A DNA stretch of 64,000 nt from Burkholderiales bacterium. GTDB taxonomy: Bacteria; Pseudomonadota; Gammaproteobacteria; Burkholderiales; Burkholderiaceae_C. A program made the position numbers and the translations under genes. Positions 51,493 to 62,515 of the stretch are shown piece after piece. The notes beneath the pieces were generated by a model. That model saw only the letters and a program-made list of their open reading frames with translations. It searched no databases and was not told the DNA's origin. The stretch lies in contig JANOLJ010000336.1 in assembly GCA_031419715.1 (NCBI GenBank), positions 2,050 to 66,049 on the forward strand, read 5' to 3'. The first letter of the stretch is position 1. Every line of letters starts with the position of its first letter.

Positions 51493-52041
51493 ATGCGTAT
51501 CCTCGGCATCGACCCCGGCCTGCGCACGACGGGCTTTGGCGTCATCGACGCGGAGGGCTCGCGCCTGCACTATGTGGCCAGCGGCACGATCAAGACCGAC
51601 AGCGTGAACATCGGCGAACTGCCGGCGCGGCTGAAGATCATTTTCGACGGCGTGCGCGAAGTCGCGGCGCGCTACGAGGCGCGCTGTTGCGCTGTCGAAA
51701 TCGTGTTCGTCAACGTCAACCCGCAGTCCACGCTGTTGCTCGGCCAGGCGCGCGGCGCGGCGCTGGCCGCGCTCGTCAGCACCGACATCGCGGTTTCGGA
51801 GTACACCGCGCTGCAGATGAAAAAAGCCATCGTCGGCCACGGCAAGGCAGCGAAGGGACAGGTGCAGGAAATGGTGAAGCGCCTGCTGGCACTGCCGGGG
51901 CTGCCGGGCAAGGACGCCGCCGATGCGCTGGGCCTGGCGATTTGCCACGCCCACGCGGCTTCCTCGTTCGCGGCGATCAGCCGCAGCACACCGCTGGCGC
52001 GGCGCGCGCATGCGCAGTACAAGGGCGGACGCAGCTATTGA
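51493..52041 (+). CDS. ruvC: crossover junction endodeoxyribonuclease RuvC
   Basis: It starts [19 protein letters not shown], with conserved acidic residues. Confidence 0.95.
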   Translation: MRILGIDPGLRTTGFGVIDAEGSRLHYVASGTIKTDSVNIGELPARLKIIFDGVREVAARYEARCCAVEIVFVNVNPQSTLLLGQARGAALAALVSTDIAVSEYTALQMKKAIVGHGKAAKGQVQEMVKRLLALPGLPGKDAADALGLAICHAHAASSFAAISRSTPLARRAHAQYKGGRSY

Positions 52042-52057
52042 CCGCTGCCGCCACGCC

Positions 52058-52975
52058 TCAGCGCCGCGTCGACAACCAGATGCCGGGAAGAATCAGCAAG
52101 GCACCGACGAGATGGAACACCTCGATGTGTTCACCCAGCACCGCCCAGGCAATCGCCGCGCTGTACAACGGCCCCAGATACTGCACCACGCTGGCGCGCG
52201 CCACGCCCAGAGCGCGCTGCATGTACGAATACGCGCCATAAGCGGCGGCCCCCGGCAGCAACGCCGCGGCGAGCACGATGGCCACGCTCTTCCATGACCA
52301 CTCGGAAGGCAGCCACCACAGGGCCTCGGCCAGCGTGAACGGAACCAGCATGATGATGCCGCCGCAGGCAATCAAGGTCAGCCGCGCGATCGGGCTGAAT
52401 GCCGACGGCCAGGCACGCAGCAGCAGCGAGTAGGCCGTCCACGACACCACCGCGATGGCGATCCAGGCATCGCCAGTATTCACGCGCAACTGCGCCAACG
52501 CCTGCCAGTCGCCGCGCAACACGACGTGCAGCACACCGGCCAGGCCGAGCGCCACGCCCACGCCCTGGCGCAGGCCGACGCGCTCGCGCAGGAACAGCGC
52601 CGACGCGAACACGATCAACACCGGTGTGGCGGCGTAGATCAAGCCGATATTGATTGCCGTCGTGCTGCGCCCGCCGATGTACACAAAGGCGCCGCAAATC
52701 CACATGCCCAGCGCGCCCAGCACGAGCAGGTGCCGCCACTCGGCGGCGATGGCGCCGCGTTTCTCGGCGATTTCGCGGTGGCAGAACGCCGCGAGGATCA
52801 GCGCCGCGAGGCACCAGCGCCCGAGCGCCAGCGCGTGCGGCGCAATCACGCCGGGCGCCCAGCGTGCGACGAGATAGTTCACGCTCCACAGGGCCGGCGC
52901 AACGAAGATCAGCACCTGCGCCAGGCGTATTTCGGCGGGCAGCACGGGTGAGGACGAATTGGCTTCAAGCGTCAT
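52058..52975 (-). CDS. DMT superfamily (EamA-like) transporter
   Basis: It has ten predicted hydrophobic helices arranged as two EamA-type halves. Confidence 0.85.
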   Translation of the reverse strand: MTLEANSSSPVLPAEIRLAQVLIFVAPALWSVNYLVARWAPGVIAPHALALGRWCLAALILAAFCHREIAEKRGAIAAEWRHLLVLGALGMWICGAFVYIGGRSTTAINIGLIYAATPVLIVFASALFLRERVGLRQGVGVALGLAGVLHVVLRGDWQALAQLRVNTGDAWIAIAVVSWTAYSLLLRAWPSAFSPIARLTLIACGGIIMLVPFTLAEALWWLPSEWSWKSVAIVLAAALLPGAAAYGAYSYMQRALGVARASVVQYLGPLYSAAIAWAVLGEHIEVFHLVGALLILPGIWLSTRR

Positions 52976-53133
52976 CGTGCGATTGTGATTGCACGCATCG
53001 ATCGCTCACTCATGCGCAATGGCGTTGAACCGCACAAGACAGACGAATTGGGAGTGTTTGCTTTCTGATCGTTGCTGACCTTCATTGCGAGCTTCATGCT
53101 GGCGTCGAGCAGCGTGGCAGGCGGCTTGGGGTA

Positions 53134-53443
53134 CGTTCTCCGGCCCACGCTCGCGGGGCACCGGATTCGGTTTGCGGGCGTAGCGCCATCAACACTGTGT
53201 CCTCTTGTGCAGGTCGAGGACACCGCGAATGGGACCTGCGCCCGTAACCCAAACCGCCCGCCCCGACACCCGGGTGGCATGGCACGGCGTGGCATGCCAC
53301 CGGAGGTTGAAACAGGGCGGCGGTGGTGCCCCCGGGCGCAGGTCCCATTCGCGGTGTCCTCAACGCATCCAGGGCGTAACCGTGTTGATGGCGCTGTGGT
53401 TTGAAGTCTGCAACGGTGCCCCGCGAGCGTGGGCCGGAGAACG
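53134..53443. repeat. 310-bp segmented palindrome (three perfect inverted block pairs plus an apical stem on one common axis)
   Basis: Perfect reverse-complement pairs are 53134-53163/53414-53443 (30 bp), 53182-53195/53382-53395 (14 bp) and 53216-53244/53333-53361 (29 bp). An apical stem pairs 53269-53280 with 53294-53303. The mirrored peptides of ORFs 53072..53404(+) and 52972..53535(-) reflect this symmetry. Confidence 0.9.
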
Positions 53444-53607
53444 GGGGCACCGCCGTCGCCCTGCAGCGACGACGACGGCAGGCCGACCCTACATCGACAC
53501 ACAGCAAGCGGCCGGTGGCAGGCCACCACTTCCATGCAAGTGAACGCGAATTGGTATCCGTCACCCGGCCACGGGTGCTCGCGGGATCAAGCGACAATCC
53601 CGCCCCT

Positions 53608-55668
53608 ATGTATGCATTGTTCGAAGAGGGGGGGAAGTTCCTCGCCGGGCGCCTGATGAGTGAAGCGGAAAGTTCGGTGCAGATCGAACTCGACTCGGGC
53701 AAACGTGTCAAGGTGAAGTCGGTCAACGTGCTGCTCAGGTTCGACAAGCCCGCGCCGGCGGAGTTGGTCGCCTCAGCGCAGGCGCTGGCACGAGACATCG
53801 ACCCGAATCTGGCCTGGGAATTCGCGCCGGCCGAGGAGTTTGGCTTTGCCGACCTGGCGCGCGACTATTTCAGTGCGTCCGCGGGCATCGAGCAGCAGGC
53901 CGCCGCCTTGTTCGCGCTGTTCGACGCGCCGCATTACTTTCGCCGGCAGGGCAAAGGCGTGTTTCGCAAGGCGCCGGAAGACATCGTGAAAGCGGCCCTG
54001 CAGGGCATCGCGCGCAAGCAGGCGGTGGCGGCGCAGATCGACGCCTGGGCCAGCGAGTTGATCGCGGGCTCTTGCCCGGCGCCGGTGCGTGAAACGCTCT
54101 ATAAGATTTTGTTCAAGCCCGACAAGAACGCGCCGGAGTACAAGGCCGTCGTCGAAGCGGCGCGGCGCTCGCAAAAAGCGCCGCTGGAATTGCTGAAGGC
54201 TGCTGGGGCGATAGCCTCGCCCTACCAGTTCCACTGGAAACGCTTTCTGTTCGAGAACTTCCCGAAGGGCACCGCGCTGCCCGCGCTGGGCGCTCCGCCG
54301 ATCCGCGACACCTTGCCGCTGGCCGATGTGCGGGCGTTTTCGATCGACGACTCGGCGACGACGGAAATCGACGACGCATTGTCCGTCACCGGACTCGGCA
54401 GCGGCGTGGTCAGCTTCGGCATTCACATCGCCGCACCGGCGCTCGCATTCGGCCCCGACTCGGCCGTTGACAAGCTCGCCCGCGAACGCCTGAGCACGGT
54501 CTATATGCCGGGCTACAAGCTGACGATGCTGCCCGATGACGTAGTGCAGGCGTACACGCTGATCGAAGGGCGCGACTGCCCGGCCGTGTCGCTGTATGTC
54601 ACGCTGGACGAAGCGACGCTGGAGTTGCGTGGCAGCGAAACGCGTCTGGAGCGTGTGCCCATCGTCGCGAATCTGCGCCACGATCAGCTCGACAGTGTCA
54701 TCACCGCCGCGTCGCTCACCGGCGCCGCGAGTGCCGACTATGCGTTCGCGCCTGAGCTGGCGTTCGGGTTCCGCCTCGCGGGCCACTTGAAAGCAGCCCG
54801 CGAAGTGCGCCGCGGCAAGCCGGAGAATTTCAACCGCCCCGACTACAACTTCAAGCTCGTCGGCAACGAGGGGCGCGAACCCCGAGGCGATGAGCGCGTC
54901 GGCATCAGCGTGCGGCAACGCGGCGCGCCGCTTGACCTGATCGTCGCCGAAGCCATGATCCTGGCCAACAGCACCTGGGGCGGCTGGCTGCATGAGTGCG
55001 GCGTGCCCGGCATCTACCGCGCGCAGGCGAGCCTGGCGCCGGGCGTCAAGGTGCGCATGGGCACGCGCGCCGCGCCGCACGCCGGCATCGGCGTGGCGCA
55101 ATACAGTTGGGCGACTTCGCCGCTGCGGCGCTATGTGGATCTCGTCAACCAATGGCAAATCGTTGCCTGCGCGCGCCACGGCCGCACGGCCGCGCTCGCC
55201 GCGCCGTTCAAGCCGAAGGATGCGGCGCTGTTCTCCATCATCTCGAGTTTCGATTCGGCATACACCGAATACAACGCCTTCCAATCGGCGATCGAGCGCT
55301 ACTGGACGCTCAAGGCGCTGGCGCAAGACGGCATCACCGAGTTGGAGGCCGTTGTCATGAAAGACGGCCTGGTGCGTGTCGACGCCTGGCCGCTCGTGTT
55401 TCGCGCTCTTGGCTGCGAAAACCTGGGGCGAGGCGCGCGCGTGCGCGTGCGCATCACCGGCACCGACTTGTTGACGCTGGACTTGCACGCGAGTCTGGTC
55501 GCGCAGCTCGATGTGCCGGCACGCGCGCTGGCTGGCGCCGAGGCCCTGGAGGCCGACCTCGATGAGAGCCTCGACGCCGCGGGCCCCTTGACCTTGGCGA
55601 TCGACCTCGCGCCCGAGCCGGCGGCCACGCAAGACGCGCAAGACGCGCTGCCCACGCCAGCCGCCTGA
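53608..55668 (+). CDS. RNB domain exoribonuclease (RNase II family)
   Basis: RNB motifs IDDSATTEIDDALS and ATSPLRRYVDLVN are present. I chose ATG 53608 (MYALFEEGGKF). Confidence 0.85.
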   Translation: MYALFEEGGKFLAGRLMSEAESSVQIELDSGKRVKVKSVNVLLRFDKPAPAELVASAQALARDIDPNLAWEFAPAEEFGFADLARDYFSASAGIEQQAAALFALFDAPHYFRRQGKGVFRKAPEDIVKAALQGIARKQAVAAQIDAWASELIAGSCPAPVRETLYKILFKPDKNAPEYKAVVEAARRSQKAPLELLKAAGAIASPYQFHWKRFLFENFPKGTALPALGAPPIRDTLPLADVRAFSIDDSATTEIDDALSVTGLGSGVVSFGIHIAAPALAFGPDSAVDKLARERLSTVYMPGYKLTMLPDDVVQAYTLIEGRDCPAVSLYVTLDEATLELRGSETRLERVPIVANLRHDQLDSVITAASLTGAASADYAFAPELAFGFRLAGHLKAAREVRRGKPENFNRPDYNFKLVGNEGREPRGDERVGISVRQRGAPLDLIVAEAMILANSTWGGWLHECGVPGIYRAQASLAPGVKVRMGTRAAPHAGIGVAQYSWATSPLRRYVDLVNQWQIVACARHGRTAALAAPFKPKDAALFSIISSFDSAYTEYNAFQSAIERYWTLKALAQDGITELEAVVMKDGLVRVDAWPLVFRALGCENLGRGARVRVRITGTDLLTLDLHASLVAQLDVPARALAGAEALEADLDESLDAAGPLTLAIDLAPEPAATQDAQDALPTPAA

Positions 55669-55699
55669 GAGCCGCGCACGCACGCATGCCCACACCTCG

Positions 55700-56560
55700 A
55701 TGCTGAAAAAACTCTCGGCGCTGCACATCGCCCTGCTGTTCTCCCTCGGCGTGCACGCCGCACTGCTGACGCTGCGCATCGTCGACCCGGAGTCGTTCAA
55801 TCGCGTGTTCCAAGACACTCCGCTCGAAGTGATCCTCGTCAATTCGCGTTCTGGCGAGAGGCCGGACAAACCGCAAGCCATCGCGCAAGCCAATCTCGCG
55901 GGAGGCGGAGACGCGGAGAAGGGCCGCTCTACATCGCCGCTGCCGCCCTCCGCGCTGATCGAACTCGGCGACAGCACGGAAGAAGCACGGCGCCAGATCG
56001 AACAACTCCAGCAATCGCAAATGCAGTTGCTCGCGCAGTTGCGCCGCGAACTCGCGCTGATGGCGCCGCCCGATCCGAGGCGCGACGTCGGCGCGGCAAA
56101 CGAGCGCGCGGAGGAAGAGAAGCGCCGCCAACTGGTGCAGTTGCTGGCCGAGATCGAGAAGCGCGTCAACGAAGAAAATGCGCGGCCGAAAAAGCGCTAC
56201 ATCAGCCCGTCGACGAAAGAAGAAGACTATGCCGGCTACTACGACTCGCTGCGCCGCAAGATCGAGGAGCGCGGTACGCGCAACTTCCCCGAGTACCAAG
56301 GGCGCAAGCTGTATGGCGAGCTGACGATGAACGTCACCGTCGATGCCGAAGGCCGCGTCGTCGACACCGAGGTGGTGCGCGCGTCCAACTCGAAGGTACT
56401 TGACCTGCGCGCCATCGCGATCGTCAAGGCGGCCGCGCCGTTCGGCCCGTTCACCCAGGCGATGCGCGGCAAGGCCGATCAGATCGTCATCACGTCGCGG
56501 TTTCGCTTCACCCACGATGAGGGCTTGGAGACCACGCAACTCAATTCGACGCGCCGATGA
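55700..56560 (+). CDS. TonB C-terminal domain (energy transducer TonB-like) protein
   Basis: It has an N-terminal TM helix, a charged coiled linker and a C-terminal TonB-like fold ([43 protein letters not shown]). Confidence 0.7.
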   Translation: MLKKLSALHIALLFSLGVHAALLTLRIVDPESFNRVFQDTPLEVILVNSRSGERPDKPQAIAQANLAGGGDAEKGRSTSPLPPSALIELGDSTEEARRQIEQLQQSQMQLLAQLRRELALMAPPDPRRDVGAANERAEEEKRRQLVQLLAEIEKRVNEENARPKKRYISPSTKEEDYAGYYDSLRRKIEERGTRNFPEYQGRKLYGELTMNVTVDAEGRVVDTEVVRASNSKVLDLRAIAIVKAAAPFGPFTQAMRGKADQIVITSRFRFTHDEGLETTQLNSTRR

Positions 56561-57396
56561 CTGACCAGTACGCCGTCGCCGGCAACCCAGTCGAGCACAG
56601 CCAGTCGCCGTTCATTCACGCCGAGTTCGCGCGTCAGGCGGGTGAGAAGCTGCACTACGGACGCTTGTTGTGTCCGTTGGACAGCTTCGCCGCCACGCTG
56701 CACGCTTTTGCCCGAGGCAGCGCCGCCGGGCCGGCGCGCGGCTGCAATGTGACCACGCCGTTCAAATTCGAGGCGTTCGCACTGTGCGCCGATGTGACAC
56801 CCCGCGCCGCGCTGGCCGGTGCGGCGAATACCTTGCGCTTTGACGCCGCCCGCTGGTTTGGCGACAACACCGACGGCATCGGCCTCGTGCGCGACATCGA
56901 ACATGGGGCGGGGGTCGCGCTCGCGGGCCGCAAGGTCTTGTTGATCGGCGCGGGCGGCGCGGCGGCCGGTGTGCTGGGCCCGTTGCTGGCCGCCCGACCT
57001 GCGCTGTTGACGCTGGCGAACCGCAGCCTTGACAAGGCCCAGGCGCTAATGGAGCGGCACCGGCACGCGCCCGGCGCGCCGGCATTGCGCGTGGCGGCGC
57101 TGCGCGACTGCGAGACCGGCTTTGACGTCATCGTGAACGCCACCGCGACCAGCCTGCAAGGCGCCGCCGCCCCGGTGGGCCCGGCCGTGCTGGCGCCCGG
57201 CGCATTGGCGCTGGACATGATGTACGGGCCGCGCGCCGCGCCGTTTCTGGCTTGGGCCGAGCAGCACGGCGCCGTCGCACGCGACGGCCTGGGCATGCTC
57301 GTCGAGCAGGCCGCGGAAGCATTTTTCGTCTGGCGCGGTGTGCGCCCACTCACCGCGCCGGTGCTGGCCGCGCTGCGCCAGCGACTCCGGGGCTGA
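56557..57396 (+). CDS. aroE: shikimate dehydrogenase
   Basis: AroE motifs are present: [26 protein letters not shown]. There is an ATGA overlap with the upstream gene. Confidence 0.92.
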   Translation: MTDQYAVAGNPVEHSQSPFIHAEFARQAGEKLHYGRLLCPLDSFAATLHAFARGSAAGPARGCNVTTPFKFEAFALCADVTPRAALAGAANTLRFDAARWFGDNTDGIGLVRDIEHGAGVALAGRKVLLIGAGGAAAGVLGPLLAARPALLTLANRSLDKAQALMERHRHAPGAPALRVAALRDCETGFDVIVNATATSLQGAAAPVGPAVLAPGALALDMMYGPRAAPFLAWAEQHGAVARDGLGMLVEQAAEAFFVWRGVRPLTAPVLAALRQRLRG

Positions 57397-57401
57397 CGCG
57401 C

Positions 57402-58181
57402 GTGAAGACGGCGTGGGCATCGCTGATCCGGCTCGTGGCGCTGCTGCTGATTGCCGTGCTTGCCTTGCAGGTCTACTTTTTCGCACGCATCGCGCTGATG
57501 CGTGTGGTGGATCCGCGGTCCACGACGTTCCAGCGCACGGAAGCCGGCCGGTTGCTGCTTACGCACGGCAAGATCCTGTGGAGCCAGGAGTGGAGGGGCT
57601 ACGAGCAGATCTCCGCGCACCTCAAGCGCGCCGTGATCGCGTCGGAGGACGCCGGCTTCGCCGAGCACAGCGGTGTCGAGTGGGACGCACTGGAGCAGGC
57701 CTTCGAGCGCAACAGCCGCGCCCTGGAGCGCGCGCAGCGGCTCGACGGCCGCGCCGAGCAATCCGCGGCAGCGTCGAAGCGAGCCGCGCCGTCCACCCCC
57801 CGCGCCCAGGCCAAACTCGTCGGCGGCTCGACGATCACGCAGCAACTCGCGAAAAACCTGTTCCTGTCGGGCGAGCGCAACCTGCCGCGCAAGGCGCAGG
57901 AGTTCGTCATCACATTCATGCTGGAGGCCTTGTTGAGCAAGCGGCGCATCCTGGAGATCTATCTCAACAACGTCGAGTGGGGCGAAGGCATCTTCGGCGC
58001 CCAGGCCGCGGCACGCCACTACTTTCATGTCGACGCCGCCCGGCTCGCACCGCAACAGGCGGCGCAATTGGCGGTCATGCTGCCGGCGCCCAAACGTTTC
58101 GAGAGGCGCCCGCACTCCACATATGTGCTGGGCCGGGCCGGCACCGTGATGGCGCGCATGGCGGACGTCGAACTGCCCTGA
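57402..58181 (+). CDS. mtgA: monofunctional biosynthetic peptidoglycan transglycosylase
   Basis: GT51 motifs are present (IASEDAGFAEHSGV, GGSTITQQLAKN, RILEIYLNNVEWG). I chose a GTG start at 57402 so that the TM helix is included. Confidence 0.9.
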   Translation: MKTAWASLIRLVALLLIAVLALQVYFFARIALMRVVDPRSTTFQRTEAGRLLLTHGKILWSQEWRGYEQISAHLKRAVIASEDAGFAEHSGVEWDALEQAFERNSRALERAQRLDGRAEQSAAASKRAAPSTPRAQAKLVGGSTITQQLAKNLFLSGERNLPRKAQEFVITFMLEALLSKRRILEIYLNNVEWGEGIFGAQAAARHYFHVDAARLAPQQAAQLAVMLPAPKRFERRPHSTYVLGRAGTVMARMADVELP

Positions 58182-58299
58182 CCTCCGATCACCGGCGCGC
58201 GCGAAATGGCAGCGCTTAGGCCCCCCGGCGACGCGCCGAAGCAGGCGCAACGCGGGCTGGGGCCCGGGGCTGCGAGCGGCTCGCTCCTAGAATGGGCCC

Positions 58300-58896
58300 A
58301 TGTCTGAAGGCTTTGCGAATGAAGTCGCCGCGTGCGCGGCGCGTCTGATCGTCGAGGAAGGAATGGAGTACGGCCCGGCGAAACGCCGCGCCGCACGCGA
58401 TTTGGGCCGGCACGCGGTGCGCGCGGCCGAGCTGCCGGACAACAGGACCGTCGAAGAAGAGGTGCGAAGCTATCTGGCGCTGTTTTGCGCCGAGACCCAG
58501 CCCGCCGAGCTGGCGACGCTGCGCGCCGTCGCCGGGCTCTGGATGCAGCGCCTGGCGGAGTTTCGGCCGCACCTGGCCGGCGCCGTGTGGCGCGGCACCG
58601 CGACGCGGAACAACGATGTGCACCTGCAATTGTTTTGCGACGACTCCAAATCCGCCGAAATCGCGCTGCTCAACATGGGGGTGGACTTTTCCGTCGGCAG
58701 CACCTCTGGACTGCGCGGCGACAGCATCGACGTGCTGAGCGTGAGCCACCCCTGCCCGCAGCTTGGCATGCCGGTCACCGTGCATTTGGCGGTGCATGAC
58801 CACGACGACCTGCGCGGCGCGCTGCGCCCCGATGACTCGGGCCACCCGCGACGTGGCGACCTCATTGCCTTGGGCAAACTTGAAGGGAAAGCATGA
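58300..58896 (+). CDS. conserved hypothetical protein (198 aa)
   Basis: Composition is protein-like and no family is recognised. The stop overlaps the ATG of the thioredoxin-like gene (ATGA). Confidence 0.55.
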   Translation: MSEGFANEVAACAARLIVEEGMEYGPAKRRAARDLGRHAVRAAELPDNRTVEEEVRSYLALFCAETQPAELATLRAVAGLWMQRLAEFRPHLAGAVWRGTATRNNDVHLQLFCDDSKSAEIALLNMGVDFSVGSTSGLRGDSIDVLSVSHPCPQLGMPVTVHLAVHDHDDLRGALRPDDSGHPRRGDLIALGKLEGKA

Positions 58897-59462
58897 TGGC
58901 GAACGCAAGGCGCTCCTGGTTGATCGGCGCGGTCGTGGCGGGTGTGGCTGCTGCCGCGGCGGGCTTGAGTCTGGCACTGCGCCGCGCTAAACCAGACGCA
59001 GCGCCCGTGGCACAGGGGCAGGCGCCGACGCAGTCAGCCGCGTCGGGCACCGATTTGTGGGCGATGCGCTTCGAGCGGCCGGCCGGCGGCGAATTGGTGA
59101 TGGCCGAGCTGCGCGGCAAGCCGGTGCTCCTCAATTTCTGGGCCACCTGGTGCGCGCCCTGCGTTGCCGAAATGCCGATGCTCGACCAGTTTCAACGCGA
59201 CCACGCGGCCCAAGGCTGGCGCGTCGTTGGGCTGGCGATCGACAACCCGGAGCCGGTGCGCGACTTCGTGAAGCGCCGCAACGTCGAATTCGCCGTCGGC
59301 CTGCTCGGTTTCGCCGGCTCGGAGTTGGCACGCGAATTGGGCAACAGCACAGGCGCGCTGCCGTTCAGCGTTGTCTTTGACCGCAGCGGCAATGCGCAGC
59401 ACCGCAAGCTTGGCGCCCTCAAGCCCGAGGATCTCGCGGCCTGGGTGAAGGCGGTGGGATGA
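58893..59462 (+). CDS. TlpA-like periplasmic thiol:disulfide oxidoreductase (thioredoxin fold)
   Basis: An N-terminal TM/signal anchor is followed by the active site WATWCAPC. Confidence 0.85.
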   Translation: MMANARRSWLIGAVVAGVAAAAAGLSLALRRAKPDAAPVAQGQAPTQSAASGTDLWAMRFERPAGGELVMAELRGKPVLLNFWATWCAPCVAEMPMLDQFQRDHAAQGWRVVGLAIDNPEPVRDFVKRRNVEFAVGLLGFAGSELARELGNSTGALPFSVVFDRSGNAQHRKLGALKPEDLAAWVKAVG

Positions 59463-59721
59463 CCGGCAGCCCCGACCCATTGCGTATGCTCGCGCTTTCC
59501 AACAAGTTTCTTCTCAACGGCTGGCAATTGCATGCAAAGCGCGTAAAGTTCGCAACTCTCGAACTTTGAGCCTGGATTTGGCGCTCGGCTGCGCCGGGTG
59601 AGCCTGGCTTTGGCAAGAGAGCCGTGCCGTAGATGAGATCGATACCGATATGAATCTGTTCGCAGCCGAAGGCAGCGTGAATCAGCATCAGGCAAGACAA
59701 CAAGCAACGTTGGAGACAGCA

Positions 59722-60186
59722 ATGGACCTTCGCAAGCTCAAGACACTGATCGATCTGGTGTCGGAATCGAACATCGCTGAACTTGAGATCACGGAGGCCG
59801 ACGGCAAGGTGCGGATCGTCAAAACCGATCCCTCCAAGGCGGCAGCGGCGATGCAAGTCGCCCTGCCCGTTGCGATGGCGGCCGCGCCTCTGGTGGCCCA
59901 GGCGGCGCCGGTCGGGGCCGCAGCCAGCCCGGAGCCGGTGGCAGAAGCGGCGGGCCACACCGTCAAGTCGCCCATGGTAGGCACCTTCTACCGCTCTGCC
60001 AGCCCTGGCAGCAAGCCACTCGCCGAGCCGGGCTCGGTGGTGAAAGAGGGGGATCCGATCTGCATCATCGAAGCGATGAAGATCATGAATGAGATCGAAG
60101 CCGACAAGGCCGGCACGGTAAAGAGCATCTTGTGTGCGAACGGTCAGGCAGTGGAGTTCGGCCAGCCTTTGTTCGTCATCGAATAA
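59722..60186 (+). CDS. accB: acetyl-CoA carboxylase biotin carboxyl carrier protein
   Basis: It starts [13 protein letters not shown], has an Ala/Pro linker, and carries the biotinylation motif [16 protein letters not shown] lies upstream of ATG 59722. Confidence 0.93.
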   Translation: MDLRKLKTLIDLVSESNIAELEITEADGKVRIVKTDPSKAAAAMQVALPVAMAAAPLVAQAAPVGAAASPEPVAEAAGHTVKSPMVGTFYRSASPGSKPLAEPGSVVKEGDPICIIEAMKIMNEIEADKAGTVKSILCANGQAVEFGQPLFVIE

Positions 60187-60192
60187 GGCGCC

Positions 60193-61542
<1,350 letters not shown>

Positions 61543-61564
61543 CGCGAACCCCCGGGCGCTGACC

Positions 61565-62515
61565 ATGTTCGAGGTGTCGCTGCTCGCACCGCAGCACTGC
61601 GTGGAGCAAACTTCCGATGCGCTGATCGATGAACTCGGCGCCTTGTCGGTGTCAGTGGAAGATGCCGACGCCGGCAGCGGCGCCGAGCAGGCATTGTTCG
61701 GCGAACCCGGCATGGCGAGCGAGCCACGCGGCGCGGCCGCCGGCTGGCGCCGCTCGGTGCTAAATGCGCTGTTTGACCAAGAAGCCGACGCCACCCGCGC
61801 CGCGGCCTGGCTGGTCGCCCAAGACTGGGCACATGGCCTGTCGCTGCAATCCATTGCCGAGTTGGCGGACCGCGACTGGGTGAAGCTCACCCAGTCGCAG
61901 TTCACGCCGATAGAAATTGCATCCGGCTTCTGGGTCGTGCCGAGCTGGCATGAACCGCCGCCGGGCGCGCGCGTGGTGATTCGGCTGGACCCCGGCCAGG
62001 CGTTCGGCACCGGCACGCACCCCACGACACGCATGTGCCTGCGCTGGATCGCGCGCCACGCCGACCCCCGCTCGCCATGGCCGCGCGTGCTCGACTACGG
62101 CTGCGGATCGGGCATCCTGGCCATCGCCAGCGCGTTGCACGGCGCTGGGGCGATCGACGCCGTCGACATCGATCCCGCGGCCGTGGCCGCCACCCAGGGC
62201 AATGCGCGTGCGAATGGCGTGACGCTGAACGCCGCGGCGCCCGACGCCGCCCGCGGTGCCTATGGTCTGGTGTTGGCGAACATCTTGGCGACCCCTCTGA
62301 AACTGCTCGCACCGCTGCTGGCAGCGCATGTCGCCCCGGGCGCGAGCCTGGTGCTGGCGGGAATTCTGGAGCGCCAGGCTGCGGAGTTGACGCAGGCCTA
62401 CGCGCCCTGGCTCGCATTGCACGTGAGCGACGCCGAAGAGGGCTGGATCCTGATGACGGCGCGGCGCCCGCTGCGCACGCCCGGTGCAGACCCGCGTGGC
62501 ATGATCACCGCATGA
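61565..62515 (+). CDS. prmA: ribosomal protein L11 methyltransferase
   Basis: A PrmA sequence with the SAM motif VLDYGCGSGILAI, downstream of accBC. Confidence 0.92.
   Translation: MFEVSLLAPQHCVEQTSDALIDELGALSVSVEDADAGSGAEQALFGEPGMASEPRGAAAGWRRSVLNALFDQEADATRAAAWLVAQDWAHGLSLQSIAELADRDWVKLTQSQFTPIEIASGFWVVPSWHEPPPGARVVIRLDPGQAFGTGTHPTTRMCLRWIARHADPRSPWPRVLDYGCGSGILAIASALHGAGAIDAVDIDPAAVAATQGNARANGVTLNAAAPDAARGAYGLVLANILATPLKLLAPLLAAHVAPGASLVLAGILERQAAELTQAYAPWLALHVSDAEEGWILMTARRPLRTPGADPRGMITA

Noticed and set aside
52972-53535. ORFs 53072..53404(+), 52972..53535(-), 53094..53798(-) and 53205..53543(+), which encode mutually similar peptides (VEDTANGTCAR, RTPRMGPAP).
   Set aside because: The similarity is a direct consequence of the DNA palindrome, since both strands read alike. 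It is not paralogy. Composition is not protein-like and no start context is present.
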